DNA of 64,000 nt from Glaucostegus cemiculus (taxonomy: Eukaryota): assembly GCA_976551045.1 (NCBI GenBank), contig CDPCPM010000007.1, forward strand, positions 22,072,001-22,136,000, given 5' to 3'. Shown here piece after piece: positions 13,080 to 26,200 of this stretch. The translations under genes and the position numbers were made by a program. The notes below the pieces were generated by a model. The model ran no database searches, was not told the origin of the DNA, and was given only the letters and a program-made list of their open reading frames with translations. Positions within the stretch are counted from its first letter, which is position 1. The number at the start of each line of letters is the position of its first letter.

Positions 13080-14107
13080 CATCCACGAGTTCCCTCATCA
13101 AATTCCAATATGCTGATGACAACTGTGTTGCAGCTCTCTCAGAAAACCACCTACAACAGATTCTGACTGCCTTCATCCGTGCGTAAACGGAACTTGGACT
13201 TGTCATCAATTCCAAGAAGACTCAGATCATCTACCAATCATCACCAACTGAGACAAATCGGATAGAACCATCAAACCAACTTGGCGAAACAGCCCTGGAA
13301 AATGTGGATCACTTTGCATATCTTGGAAGTTACCTCTCCTCCAATGTCGGCCTTATGACGAGATCCAACATTGTCTTAAATGTCCTGGAACAGCTTTTGG
13401 ATGTCTCCGAACAAGAGCCTTTCATGAGCGGGACATCCGAACAGATACTAAAATGTTAGTGTACAAAGCAGTGGTGATGCCAACATTCATGTATGCATCA
13501 GAAACTTGAACAACATACCGATGACATCTGAAGGCACTTGAAAAGTTCCATCAACGCTGTCTTCAAAATATCTTAAATATCAGCTGGGAAGATAGAAGAA
13601 ACAATGTCAGCGTACTAAATGAAGCAAAAACAACAAGCATTGAAGCCTATGTTATCAAGAATCAACTAGGATGGTGCGGTCATGTTGTTTGAATGAAAGA
13701 CGAACGTCTACTGAAACAAATCTACTCCCAGCTTAAAGTAGGCAAACGTAAAAGAGGCAGACAACAGAAGAGATTCAAAGACGTTTTAAAAGCCAACATG
13801 AAGAAATGTAACATCAACATCAACAATTGGGAAACCAATGCCAAGGACAGGAAAATCTGGCAAGCCATCATCCGAGAAGGAACAGCAACTTTCGAAGCCA
13901 ACAGATGTGCAGAATTAGAGGAAGGGAGAAGAAAATGGAAAGAGAGGCAGCAACAACCAAAGCCTGATTTGCCATCTGGAACTACCTGTCCTGAATGCGG
14001 AAGAACTTTCAGAGCCAAGGTTGGACTCATAAGGCACTTGAGAGCCCATAAACAATCAACGGAATGAAGACCATCATCCTCGACCTTGAAGGATAGCCAC
14101 TACAACT
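13080..14107 (+). mobile_element. RTE (BovB-like) LINE, 5'-truncated, disabled
   Basis: QYADD RT motif at ~13107; YLGS; SET*TTYR.HLKALEKFHQRCL; C-terminal CCHH finger CPECGRTFRAKVGLIRHLRAH (ORF 13693-14067); short 3'UTR ending ggatagccactacaact. Confidence 0.92.
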
Positions 14108-15027
14108 TCCATGGGGCCCGTTGCTCCTGTGGAACACCACACTGGTGGGTACGGTATAGCTTATGGAAGGGTGTTGACTTTGAATGGAAGGAGCTTTAGT
14201 TAGTCTGGTTGTATATTATTATAATAGGTTCAGAAGACTAAATGGTCTGTTCCCTCATATCAGAAAAATACATGTAACATCAACCCATATTCCACTGTTA
14301 GGTGAAATGATGGGGTGAAAAAGTAGATTCATAGAATTATCACTAATATATTAATTTACTGCTGGTGGTAATTTAAGGTCTGTATTATGTCAACCGAAAT
14401 TATTCAAATTTATTCAGAGCTATTTGGAATCAAAACATGGAGTTAATACACAAACAAAGAGCAGCACCTGTAGTCTGAGAGATAACAGGATCATTTTAAA
14501 ATTACAGAGCACTGTTGGGGTTCAAGAAATTATCAATTGTACCCTCATGACTACTAGTACATAGTACAATAGTGATACGGTGTCAGTTAATTACAAATGC
14601 CTTTTTTCACTCTGGGTATTGTTTTCTTTTGAGTGCAGCAGCTTAACTAGATCATTAATCCATTTAAAATTAATACCAGATTCCAACACAAATTTATGGA
14701 TTTGTGAGAACTTGCATACAAATTGGAGCTTAGCTTATGTTTAGTGCATTTCTTTTTAATCATTCTCACAGCTCAAAACAGAAAATATATTTTAAAAAGT
14801 TCCTACTTTAATTGGATGATCTATTAGCCCCAGGGCTCTGTTCTTTTCATTTGTGATTTTCATTCCTTGTCCCTTTTCTGCTGCCAATTACGCCACTGCC
14901 ATCTCAGCCGGAATATCTGTACTCTTCCTTCAAATGTAAAACTGGTGCTCTATTAGCCATGGGAGCATATCGAGACAAGTAAACATCCATCTGCAAGCAG
15001 CCCCACCATCATTTACAGCAAGAAAAC

Positions 15028-15350
15028 AACATAAGACTACAAGGAAAAAGGAGCAGGAGTAGGCCACCTGGCATCTCAAGCCGGTCGCACCATCCAATCT
15101 TATCACGGCTGATCTAATTCATGCCTCCATTCCTCTGTGCCAGATCACCATAGCCCTCAATCTCTCTAACTTTCAAATATGTAGCTAACTCCACTTTAAA
15201 AATTTCTTATGAGTTAGTCCCTACAACTTTTTGGGGGCAGAAAATCCAAAGGCTTACTACCCTCTGTGAGAAGAAATTTTGACATACCCCAGTTTCAAAA
15301 GACCAGCTCCATATCTTGAAACTATGTTTCCTCAATCAAGACTTTGCCAC
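15028..15350 (-). mobile_element. CR1 LINE 3' fragment
   Basis: aacataaga...ggagcaggagtaggcca tail; accctctgtgagaagaaattt. Confidence 0.75.
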
Positions 15351-17094
15351 TGGATTCTACTGGCAAAACAATTTGATCATTATTTCAGTGCTCTTTTTAA
15401 AAAATGTTAGATCTCTAAGATGGTTCATACAGCTTGTGCATATTTATGAGATACCATATTGTTAAGGGTATTAGTCAACTGCGGGAGAACACCTGCAACC
15501 TTGTGCTTCACGGAGGTACCCTACCCACTAACCTGGCTCCAGGCCACTTATATCCTGCGTTTCATCACATGCAAATCCCTTCCCTATGCTACCTTTACAA
15601 AAAGACATAACCCACTGGTGTGAAATTGGGTGATGATACTTTTCACTATCACTGTTCTTGTGGCTCCTTCACCGTGTGCACTGATTGGATGTCTGAAATA
15701 AAAAGCTATTATTGTAACGTGCAGAGAAGTATCAGAGTAATAGGTGTGTGCTTACTTTATTCAGTGCAGGTTATGAGAAAGGTAGGATGTGAGAAGGACC
15801 AGGAAAAACAGTGGCACAACTTTGGGTTATCTCTGTCTTGCTGATGGCCACAGCTGCAACAGCAACAGTCCATTACCATCCCTTCCAGGTGGATTAGTTT
15901 GTAGGGGTACTGTTGCCTCTGCCTATATTTCACCCTACTCTTCAAGAGGAGGTCACTAGCTTCTGTAAACTGTGCTTGATTTAATGTTCTTGTTTTGATT
16001 GAGGCACTGACAGTATCTGCAGGATGTGTGCTTGGGGAGCTGGCTTGAAGCTGTGCTGTTTCAGGGTGTGGTCAGGTACGAGTCCTAATTATTAACAGCT
16101 CTTTGCAGATGGTTGATGGAGAAGGTAATGGATTATCTTGTACCTGAGGCTAGCTGTGCAGTCAAGATTCACTGACAGAACTTGACTGACCATAAGAGCT
16201 CATAGAATTATGTCCTGTTCTTCAGAACTTGACTCTTGGCATTGACCTCAAGGTGATCTGCTTCCACTACCTTCTGGACATTCAGCTGGAGTGTGTCTCA
16301 GTTTTGTGCTGGTACAGGATATCTTTCCCATTTATCCTATATTCCACCAAAGCCGACAGTACAGTGGTGAAAAAACCTTGTAGCACACTCTCTCCTTATC
16401 TGTATTGTCCTTCAATAATACTCAGGTCTGAGTCACTTCCCATATAACTGCCTGCATTCCAGCTGCAACTGCCCCAGCATTAAAAGGCACAAGCTACTTT
16501 TAAGCAATACCAACTAAATCTAGCTGGAAACACAAAACAGTTACTGCTGGTTGGACACTGAAACCTTTGACATGGCTGGCAAATTAGGTTGCTTTGCATT
16601 CAGTGGGTGTCAATTAATAGCAAACTGCACTTCCTGTTCTCTTTTAGGGGGCATTTGGAAATAGCCTCTTCCCTGTGGCTTCCAGTTTTCAGACTGCAGA
16701 ACTCCTGAAAATGTACTTACAAACCCAGCATCATGTTTCAGAAATGTATTAATAATTAAGATGGAATGTTGCACTTGGTCTCTTGGAGTAAGTGCATTGT
16801 ACGCACTATTACTACTATTGTTGACTTCTTGGAACCATATTTTGAAGTTGAGTACAGTGAGCAATTCCTTAGCACAAGTGGCTGAAAATAAATTTCTACT
16901 CCTCAGCATGTAGTTGTGTCGCTTCAATTATGGGCTCTAATTACAATAGGTTTACTCTCAGAGCTGTAGGATATTTAGTGGGAGTCTGGTTCATGATGTT
17001 ATGATTAAATAACTCTAAAATTGCCTGTGTACTTGGCCTAGAAATGAATTGCTGCACCACCGTGTCATTTATTGAGCCCAGATTTATGGCAAGG

Positions 17095-18560
17095 AGTGAA
17101 AACAGAAAATGCTGGAAAACTTACCAGTTCAGGCACAGGCATATTGAAGCCAATTCCATTCATTTCAAATATAAACAGGAATGCTGGAAGCACTCAGCAG
17201 CATCAGTGGAAAGAGAAACTGTTAACGTTTATCAGAACTGGGAAAGAGAGAAACTAAGTTAGTTTAGTTGGCAGAGAATGTGGGGGATAGGGATGAGAGA
17301 AACAAAGAAAATATCTCCGATAGGATGAGATATTATGGAAGTTAAGGGACCATTAACTTCCGATTTAGCTGCTTTTGTCTGTGTGTTGGGTTGCTAATAG
17401 TAACCTAGTGGGACATGTCCAGAAGGCCAAACTATTTATAAAAAAAGAAAAAAACCTAAGCCAAAATGCTGGCAGGTAGAAATGGTCAGTTATTGTTTAC
17501 CTGCAATGCACTCCCCTGTAGCTGTCACACTTTACTCTGTATTCTGTTATTGTTTTTACCCTGTACTACCTCAATGCATTGTGTAATGAATTGACCTGTA
17601 CAAACGATTCTGCAAGACAGGTTTTTTACTGTATCTCGGTACGGGTGACAATAATAAACCAATACCAATTCCAATAAGAAGAAAGAGTGACTTATCTAAA
17701 ATAGGAGAATCCAATCCTGAGTCCCTCAGGCTGCAGGGTAACCTAAGAGAAGATGAGGTGTTGTTCTTCAAGCTTGCATTTAGCCTATTTGTTATATTGT
17801 AAGAGGCCACATTCCAAAAAATCAGTGGGTGTGGGATGGTCGATTAAAGTAGCAAGCAACTGGAAACTTCGGGTCACTCCTGTGGACTGAAGGCCAATGC
17901 TCCACAAAGCGATCACCCATTCTGCATTTGTTTTCTCCAATGCAGAGAAGGGTATGTTACAAACACCGAATGCAGTACACAAGACTGGAAGACGTGCAGG
18001 TGAATATTGCCTCATTTGGAAGAACTAGATGATGGGCAGGAAGAGGTGAAAGGGCAGGAAGAGGTGAAAGGACAGGTATTGCGACTCCTGCCGTTGCTTG
18101 GAAAAGTGCCATAAAACATGGAATTGTGGGTGGGAACGAAAGAGCAGACCAGAGAGTCACAAAAGGAGCAATCCTTTCAAAACGCTGAAAGGTGAGGAGA
18201 TGGGAATGTCTTTGGTAGTGAAGCCTTGTGGACAGTACAAAGGAGTGGTGGGATAGGAGGTAAGGACCAGAGGAACTCTGTTCTTGTTCTGTCCAAGGAG
18301 CGAAGGGCTGAGAACAGAGGTATGAGAAATAGATTAGATGCAGTCAAGGACTCTTTCAAGTACAGCAGAGGGGAAACCACAGTTCAGGAAGAAATAAGAC
18401 ATTGCAGGGGCACCTGTGCAAAATGTCTCATCACCCGAACATGTGTAATGGAGACTGAAGAACTTAGAAAAATGGAATGAAGGCTAAATGGAATAGAGGC
18501 TTAATATGGATATCAAGAGAACCGATAGATCTGAGGTTAATACAGGAAAATTGCACAGAA
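17095..18560 (-). mobile_element. Penelope-like element 3' half (GIY-YIG endonuclease plus terminus), interrupted by a Rex1 tail
   Basis: Minus strand LCIGENKCRMGDRFVEH (~17900-17950) is the GIY-YIG 'YIGET.R.L..RF.EH' motif; terminus aacagaaaatgctggaa at 17100-17240. Confidence 0.75.
17495..17675 (+). mobile_element. Rex1/Babar LINE 3'UTR fragment nested in the Penelope element
   Basis: ...ttttttactgtatctcggtacgggtgacaataataaaccaataccaattccaat, a Rex-type tail with short terminal repeats. Confidence 0.65.
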
Positions 18561-18699
18561 ATGAAAGATTTAGCTGTAAACTCATTGGATGGCAGAGGAG
18601 GCATGGGGGTAGGGGATCAAATAGCTATTCCCGTTTCTATGTTTTTGAAAGCAGATTATCTGGTCAGATTAGCAATGCTATCTGTATGAGATGGCTGTG

Positions 18700-18825
18700 T
18701 GCAAATTGGCTTCTCAGGTTACAACATTACTGTAGTGACTATACTTTAAATTTATTTCATTACCTATAAATTATTTGAAGATGCCCTGAGTTTTTAAAAG
18801 GCTATTAATGTGCAAGTTTTTTTCT
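18700..18825 (+). mobile_element. Ancient DeuSINE/L2-type tail
   Basis: cattactgtagtgactatacttt...aaaggctattaatgtgcaagtttt; antisense copies at ~24740-24790 and ~61310-61400. Confidence 0.5.
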
Positions 18826-19549
18826 TCCTAATCAGCAACTTTATTAAATTAGTGCATAGGGAAATTGTATGAATAATTAAACATATTTTTGAATGTCGTT
18901 CTGTTGTTCAACTGCTTACTGATGCAGATCTAAGTAACCTTTTCATCTATCCAGCATGAATTAGCAATAATATCTGATTTACAGTATGAGTGTCTGATGC
19001 TGACAGGTGGCAACAATGGAATAAATATTTGATTCTCCAGGATTAGCATTCCCAAATTCACACTAGTGTCCTAACAAAAATTGTTTTGAAGTATATACTA
19101 TACTTCAAAAGTTTCAAAACAGATTTCTTGTTCAAAGAGTTAAAAAAGCATCACAGAATAATAGCATATTTTTTGCCAGTTAAAGTTAAACAGGTGAATT
19201 TTCTGAAGGATAGGTTATGAAGAAATCATACACTCTTCCCCTTTAAGGTGGCACCAGATTAACTTCCTTGCAGCAAAAGGAAATGATAGTTTCTTACTAA
19301 ACATGGTGAATAAGTATGAAGTAAAATAGCATTTTAATCCTATTTTGAGTGACCATGTTCAAAAAATATGGTCTGAATTGGCACTTCATGTAATATTTTT
19401 AACCTTTACTGAGCTGAAAGTGAGACAAACTACAGTATCATTAGCCATGGTGAAGATTGTTCCTCTCAGAAACTTATATCTTTTTAACTTTAGTCAGACC
19501 ACACTTGGAGAATTGTGTGCACTTCTGGTTATACCATTATAGGAAGATT

Positions 19550-19662
19550 GTTGAGATATGGATGATACACAGGACAGGGACATTTAGTATAAATTCACAT
19601 CAAGACTGGCACAACATCGTGGACTGAATGGCCTGTCTAGCACTGTACTGTTGTATGTTCTG
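19550..19662 (+). mobile_element. CR1 3' tail fragment
   Basis: ggcacaacatcgtggactgaatggcctgt...ctgtactgttgtatgttct. Confidence 0.65.
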
Positions 19663-20244
19663 TTACAGCATGGTAAAGATGCTTTTACAAGCTAAATCTT
19701 AATTATTTTGATATCTTTTATAGTGGTCAATTTACGCCTATTGTCATCTTTTTAAGTACAGAAATGAAAAAAATATTTTCTAGATCAGTGAAAAGAACCT
19801 ATAGCATGAGTGGCAAATTTCTGTTCTACAGTGTATTCAGACAACTTCAGCAGTCAAATATAGAAAGTTATGAAGAACTGGGCATAAATCATCAGCAGCA
19901 TTAAAATTCACTAAGACTTTCTTTCAGCATCCTACTTTCTCTTCTCCATCCCAATTCATTTCTATTATTTTTCTAATGAAAATGCTGACATACCAGGATA
20001 AAACTCAACCTTGCATGGGCTGAAGAAACTTCTTTTCATGTGAACCCAAAAATAGACTGACAATGGATTATTAATTATGAAAACTTGGTAAGCAGTTAAT
20101 TCCTGGCATCTTTCACATAAGAATTTTTCCATCTGTGCTCAATGCCTAATAACAATGAGCAGAAGAATAATGATTATTCTTTGTCCTTGCTTGGACACAG
20201 TGAAGCCACACTTGCTCTCCAGCTGCTGATTGACTGCTTCAGTA

Positions 20245-20850
20245 TGAAGATAGTGATCTCTGCCCTCCTGTACAGTTCTGAGACATGGACAACTACACCA
20301 GACACTTCAAAACACTGGAGTGGTCTCTATGCAATCCTTCAATGGCACTGGGAGGATTAGTGAACCAACATCAATATTGTCTCCCAGGCCACCATCCCTG
20401 ACATTAAATCCCCAATTTCACTCAGTCAGTTTTGGTGAGCTGGCCATGTTATACATATACCCACCACCAGGACCCTGAAGCAGGCACTCCAAGCTCTGTC
20501 ACTGTGAGAGGTTACAAGGTAGACAGTGGAAATACTCTAAGCATGTTCTCAAAACCTCTTTGAAAAAGTGTAACATCCTTTCTACCTCATAGGAACCCAG
20601 ACCTATGACCACTCAGTAGGGAAAAGGAGCATTCAGGATTGAGGACCCTGAGTCCCTTCATCAGGAGAACCTCGAAGTCCAAGATACACAAACTCCCAAG
20701 CTACCCACCCACCCACCTGCATAGTCAAGCACTTCCTGCCCAACCTGATCAGAGTCTGTGGATCCCATTTGGGCCTCAACAGTCACCTCAGAACCATAGA
20801 ACCAACAAGCTCTCCTAGATTCTGAGAGACTGTTGGAGAAGAAGTCTGCT
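20245..20850 (+). mobile_element. Old RTE LINE 3' remnant
   Basis: VISALLYSSETWTT; ILQWHWED; degenerate zinc-finger end (gggcctcaacagtcacctcagaaccata = GL.SHLR). Confidence 0.75.
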
Positions 20851-21799
20851 TCAGCACAACCAAGGATTAAAGCTCATTCGTCTCTGCTCTTTATGTTTCA
20901 GCAAGCGGTTCGCCTAGCAGTCTGTGGAATCTGGTGGAACAGAAAGTGGAGTGATGATTCTTTGCCTGTCATTCATATATACCCAAGACAAACTTTATCC
21001 CCATATGCTAAACATATTTGCTCTAAGTAACATATAAACGATAAGAATAATAATCTTACTGTGTGTGTTTAGTGACTGGCAATTGTCTCTCAAGTTTAGT
21101 GTTTTTTATGCATTTTTTTCTCTACTCCTAAAAGCCCAGTCTTGAGTTGGGCAAAGTTCACAGATGTAATGGTGAAGAAGGACTGACTGTTCAGGCATTC
21201 AGTGTGCCTCTGATGCCCTTAACTGTTTTCATCCAACTTGTGCACAAATACACTTTTCAGCAATGACCAGTGAAGAGTATTCAGAAGCAAAAATACTTAA
21301 GCCCAGACTGCAGAGGACATCTTTATTGTAACTATCATCCTGCAATAAATTGTCTTAATGCTGGATTTAGGGGTTAAACCTGAAGCCTTCCTCTCTGTGA
21401 AGATTATTGCTGTGCCAGTATTAATTTACCTATAAGTGCATGTGTTTAATGCAATTCAGCTGGAGGTCTGCATGAATAAAACTATTTTTTTTTAAATTGC
21501 TGACTCTATCTACTGCTATCTAAGTACAGATCCTGTTTTCTCTTATAGAAGCGTATTCTCTTGGTTGAAAATGTTGCTTCCAAGAATTTGAAGAAGATTC
21601 TGACTTTAAAAAAAAATCAGTATTCAAGTGAAATTCTTGGAAGAAATGTTATTTGTTTTACTGTTTTAAATATTTATTGTATTCATATACAGGCAAATGC
21701 TACCTAGTAACAGGTTTTATGTTACTCCATATACACTATTACAATGGGAACCTACAAGAAGCTGTAATGTTTCCACTGACATTGACTTGGCTCTAATAA

Positions 21800-22185
21800 G
21801 CAACGTAAGTTAAAGCCAATTTACCACCTGTGTATTGTGTCCAGGCTGCTTATCATCTACTGAATGTATGCAGATACTTCCCATGCCTGTACCAGCCACA
21901 TCTCCCAAATCCTCAACTTCAATCATCAAGAAAGATAAAGCCACCAGGCATTTTGAAACACCACCACCTGAAGGTTCCCTGCTAAGTCACGTTCTATCCT
22001 AATTTCAAATAATGATACTCTTTTTTTGTCATTGCTTGATTTAACTTACGGAATTCTTTATCCCACAACACTAATTATACCATCACCCAAACAAAACCTA
22101 GCAACGATTCAAGAAATGGCTCACCATCACCTTGATGGACAATAATTGCTTGTCTTTCCAGTGATACTCACATCCCAAAACAGAA
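21800..22185 (+). mobile_element. Old CR1/L2-clade LINE 3' end
   Basis: ccaccacctgaaggttccct.ctaagtcac and ggctcaccatcacctt...ccagtgatactcacatccca tail. Confidence 0.55.
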
Positions 22186-22782
22186 TTAAGATGGCTTCAT
22201 TTAGCTCCCTTTTATGTTGTGCAATTCTCAGTAAATGCATATCGATTCCTATGAACAATTTTTCATGTGAGAAAGGCTGTTATTTTGCCAATGAAACCAC
22301 AACTGTGCTGTGGGATTTTTGAAATACATTATTAAATAACCATTATCTGAAGAAGGATCAATTTTATAGAAATAATTTCTGTGCCACATTATCAGACATA
22401 ATTGCGGCATTTTCCTAAATTATGTGACTTTCACATTTTAAATGCAACTTTCAAGTATGCGTGTTTGAGTGCCTTGTGACTAACATTTCCTTCTGTGCAA
22501 TAAGTTGTGTAATCTGGCTCTTACTGCCTAGGTGCCAAGAAATCACCAGTACCTTCAGTGCCCAATGACTTCAGATGGAAGGTGCCATGGAGACAAAAAG
22601 TAAGGACAAGAACCCAAATAGGCCAGATTGTGATCCAATGCCAAATATTTTGGCTTGCTTTTTAAGGATGGAATGTTCACCTCATCAAAAGCAAAGCAAA
22701 TATCATCCTGGAGCAAAGGTTACAAAGGGGCAGGGTAAGGTTGATGAAGATAGACGTAAAATGCCAAGCAGAGTTATGTGTA

Positions 22783-23420
22783 GAGCAGCTTCAAGTTCCT
22801 GAGTGTCAACAGTTCAGAGGATCTATCCTGGGCCCAGCGCATTAATACAATCATGAAGAAAGCATGCCAGCAGCTCTACTTCATTAAGAGCTTGAAGAGA
22901 TTTGGTATGTCACCAAAGACATTTAAAAATTTCCATAGATATGCAGTGGAGAGCATTCTGACTGATTGTGTCACAGCCTGGTATGGATGCTCCAATGCAC
23001 AGGATCACAAGAGGCTGCAGGGGGTTGTAGACTCAGCCTGCTCCATCATGGCACAACCCTCCCCACCATCAAGAACATCTTCAAGAGGCAGTGCCAATAG
23101 AAGGAAACATCCATCACTAAGGACCCTCACCATCTGGGACATGCCCCCTTCTCATTACTACCATTGAGGAGGAGGTACAGGAGCCTGAAGACCCATATTC
23201 AATGATTCAGAAACAGCTTCTTCCTCTCTGCCATCAGATTTCTGAATGGTCCATGAATCCATGAACACTACCTTGTTACTCCATTTTTTGAACTATTTAT
23301 TTATCTTTGTAGTTTATAGTAATTTTATGTCTTTGTACTATTCCGCTGCTGCAAAACAACAAATTTCATGTCATACGTCAGTGACAATAAATCTGATTCT
23401 GGTTCTGATTCTGATCCTGA
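22783..23420 (+). mobile_element. Rex1/Babar LINE 3' portion
   Basis: SSFKFL; KKACQQLYFIKSLKRFGMSPKTFKNFHRYAVESILTDCVTAWYG (ORF 22853-23167); tail gtgacaataaa followed by (tctgat)n-like repeats. Confidence 0.9.
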
Positions 23421-24611
23421 TAGAGAGAGTTGAGGGCAAATCCAGAATGGCATTGTGAGAGGAATGTCAGTGGAAGTATTTCAATGGACTGAATTGTCCT
23501 TAATTGCAGAGAGTCGATCAATAAGGAATTGCCAGCAACATCCTCCTCGTGGGTCATCTCATCTCTCAATAATCGCTGCCTGCATGAAGAGCAGACCAAA
23601 CTTCACCTACATTAGTGGAGCCCATTGAAATGCAAATGGAGAGAGTCAGTGAGACCAAGTGGTTGCTTGTGGCCAACTCCTTCATGCAGGACAATGGTAG
23701 AATCCAGACCTCCAAGATGGTGGATCTGACAGAGTCGCTATAGGTTTTGTGCAGACATGGGAAGAGCATAGTGTACAGGTGTGAGTAGTGGAACAAACAG
23801 TCTGACACACTATGACATTCTCAGACGGAGGACCCTCAGTAAAAATTTCATTTGGTCAAGGGAAGGCTAAGGTCACTGTGGAATGTTGAGATCTTTGGTC
23901 CTGTCATGATTTCCTCCATAGCTATGCTTCTATTGGATGGGCTGGGTGCAGTTTTCAGTTGTTAGTATTCTGCTTTGCATCTTAAAGGCAGATATTGGCA
24001 ATTGTTGCTGGAGGCATTGTAAAATGTTATGGTGGGGTTGTAAATTAGTAATGTAGCCCATGCCTTTCCAGTGTAATTTGGTTGGTAATTTCTAGATACA
24101 AAACAATATAGTTTGTGCCACACCCCCACTTGAGCCCCTTAAACAGTGACCTCTATGCTTTGTAAATTTTAATTTTCATGGCACCAGAAGGTTGCAGTCC
24201 TGTTTGTTCTAAACTCATCAGACTCCAGCCTGTTTTCTGCCTGTGCAATGCTCCACCCTAACTCAACCTGTCTTTACCTACCTGCCAGCTCACAATATTA
24301 GCTGGCTCATGGTTTATCTAAAAAGAAATTGGCTAGATATGTTCTACAGGTCCCAGTTTGGTTCATTTTGATTCTTGCACAGGGAAGTGTAACCTCTTCA
24401 AATGCCTCTATGTAATTTGCTGACAACCTTTCAAACTGTGAGGGTTATGCTGTTATTTTAATGAATTAGCATTTTTTAAAGTTTTCCTACAGTTATCTTC
24501 TCTTTCTGTACTTTGTCATTAGGCTGAGAGTCTCTCTCAGATTGTCTTCTGGATGTTGGAATCCCACAGAACAAGAAAAATTCTTAGTTTGTCTAATGAG
24601 CAAAAGATGTG

Positions 24612-25053
24612 GATTTATGTATTTCCTTAACATGGACTCTATACAGAGAATGGCATAAAAAAGTAGGTTTCAACCCTGGAGAGAAATCATTGACAATACT
24701 CATGGGATTTCTTCTCAGATTTTCTCAGAGCTCCTCAGCCTATCTCAAGGCACTTTAAAAAACAACAAAGTACTTTTGAAGTGTAGTCATTATCAGAATA
24801 TCAAGCAATATACTCAGAAATGAATGATGCAGAATGAAAAATGTATGTTTGGCAGAATCCCTTGAAGAATTGAATAGAAAGAGTTAAGATTAAATTGACA
24901 TTTAAAGTCTGCTGAAGAATTAATGTTCATGTATATTCTGTTGTTAGCATGAACTGCATAAGGGAAAAAGCACAAAAAATGAAGTTCAAACTTGGATAGA
25001 ATTCATTAAGATTTCTTGTGGATTTCTTCTCCGATTTCCTCAAAGTTCCTCAG
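24612..25053. repeat. Ancient diverged direct duplication (~24612-24738 vs ~24925-25053)
   Basis: ggattttcttctcagattttctcagagctcctcag vs ggatttcttctccgatttcctcaaagttcctcag, with weaker similarity extending about 90 bp upstream in both copies. Confidence 0.6.
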
Positions 25054-25654
25054 GAAATTCTGTGAGATTAGGAATTTTTTCGATATCTTTCCAATGATTT
25101 AGTTATCTTGGCAGAATAGCTATGGAAATACTGGAGAAACAATAATGTATCATTGCGCCAAATCTGCAGAGAATGAATTGCTTGGAGTGAGACTTGGTAC
25201 TTTCCATCTCTGATCACACTAGATTATACAGGATTGGAGAATATTATCAGTGTAGTCTGTGTATATAAAACTCAGATCAGTCCTTTTCTACATATTCTGA
25301 GACATATTTTCCTCCTTTGCTATATTGTAGGTAAATTGGACATCTGGAGGAAATGGTGGTGTGGTCTTTGTCCCCAAAAGAAACTGGTATCAGTGGCAAG
25401 TCTTTAACCTTTTGCTGTCCTGCTCATTTGTATTACAATCTGGCTGGCTTCCACAACTCCTCCAGTGAGGCCTACATTATATCCATTCACATGGAGTGGT
25501 GTAGTTCCCTACCAGTAAACCATATCCCTCCTCCACGTTCTTGCTTTAAATGTTAGAAATGATACATGGAGTGAAATGCATGAGGGAATTTTATACATTG
25601 TTAAATACAATTAAGAAATTATTTTTTAGATATCAGAATTAAAATAGAAAGTCA

Positions 25655-26200
25655 GCCATAGAATAATAGAATGATTCTAGCACAGATCAAAACCATTCAG
25701 TCCTCCAATTTATGTTGATCTTTGCACATGAATAAAAGAAAATAGGTGTAGTATTGCAGTTGATATACCCAGGCCTTAACCGCTCCTCTGTGCAAGATCA
25801 CCAGAACCCCCAATCCCCTGATCTTCCAAAAATTTATCCACCTCCACTTTAAATACTTCTAATGAGCCAGTTTCAACAATTCTCTGTGGCAAAGAATTCC
25901 AGGGATCACTTCTCTCTGTGAGAAGAAATTTCTATGTACCTCAGTTTCAAATGAACTGCCGCTTATCTTGAAACCATGTCCTCTCATTCGAGATTCACTA
26001 ATGAAAACATCTCAATAGCCACTCTGTAAAATCCTCTGAGGATCTTGTGTGTTATAAGATCAGCCTCCTTCTTATAAACTTCAAAGAATACAGAGCCAAT
26101 CTGTTTAGCTTCTCTTGATAGGACAATCCTCTCATCACAAGAATGAGCCTGGTGACTCTGCTTTGCGCTGCATCCAATGCTATTGTATCCTTACTTAGGC
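25655..26200 (-). mobile_element. CR1 LINE 3' fragment(s)
   Basis: Minus strand ALDAAQSRVTRLILVMRGLSYQEKLNRLALYSLKF is the CR1 ORF2 C-terminal motif. Confidence 0.8.

Noticed and set aside
13693-14067. Host zinc-finger gene
   Set aside because: It is the C-terminal CCHH finger of a disabled RTE LINE ORF.
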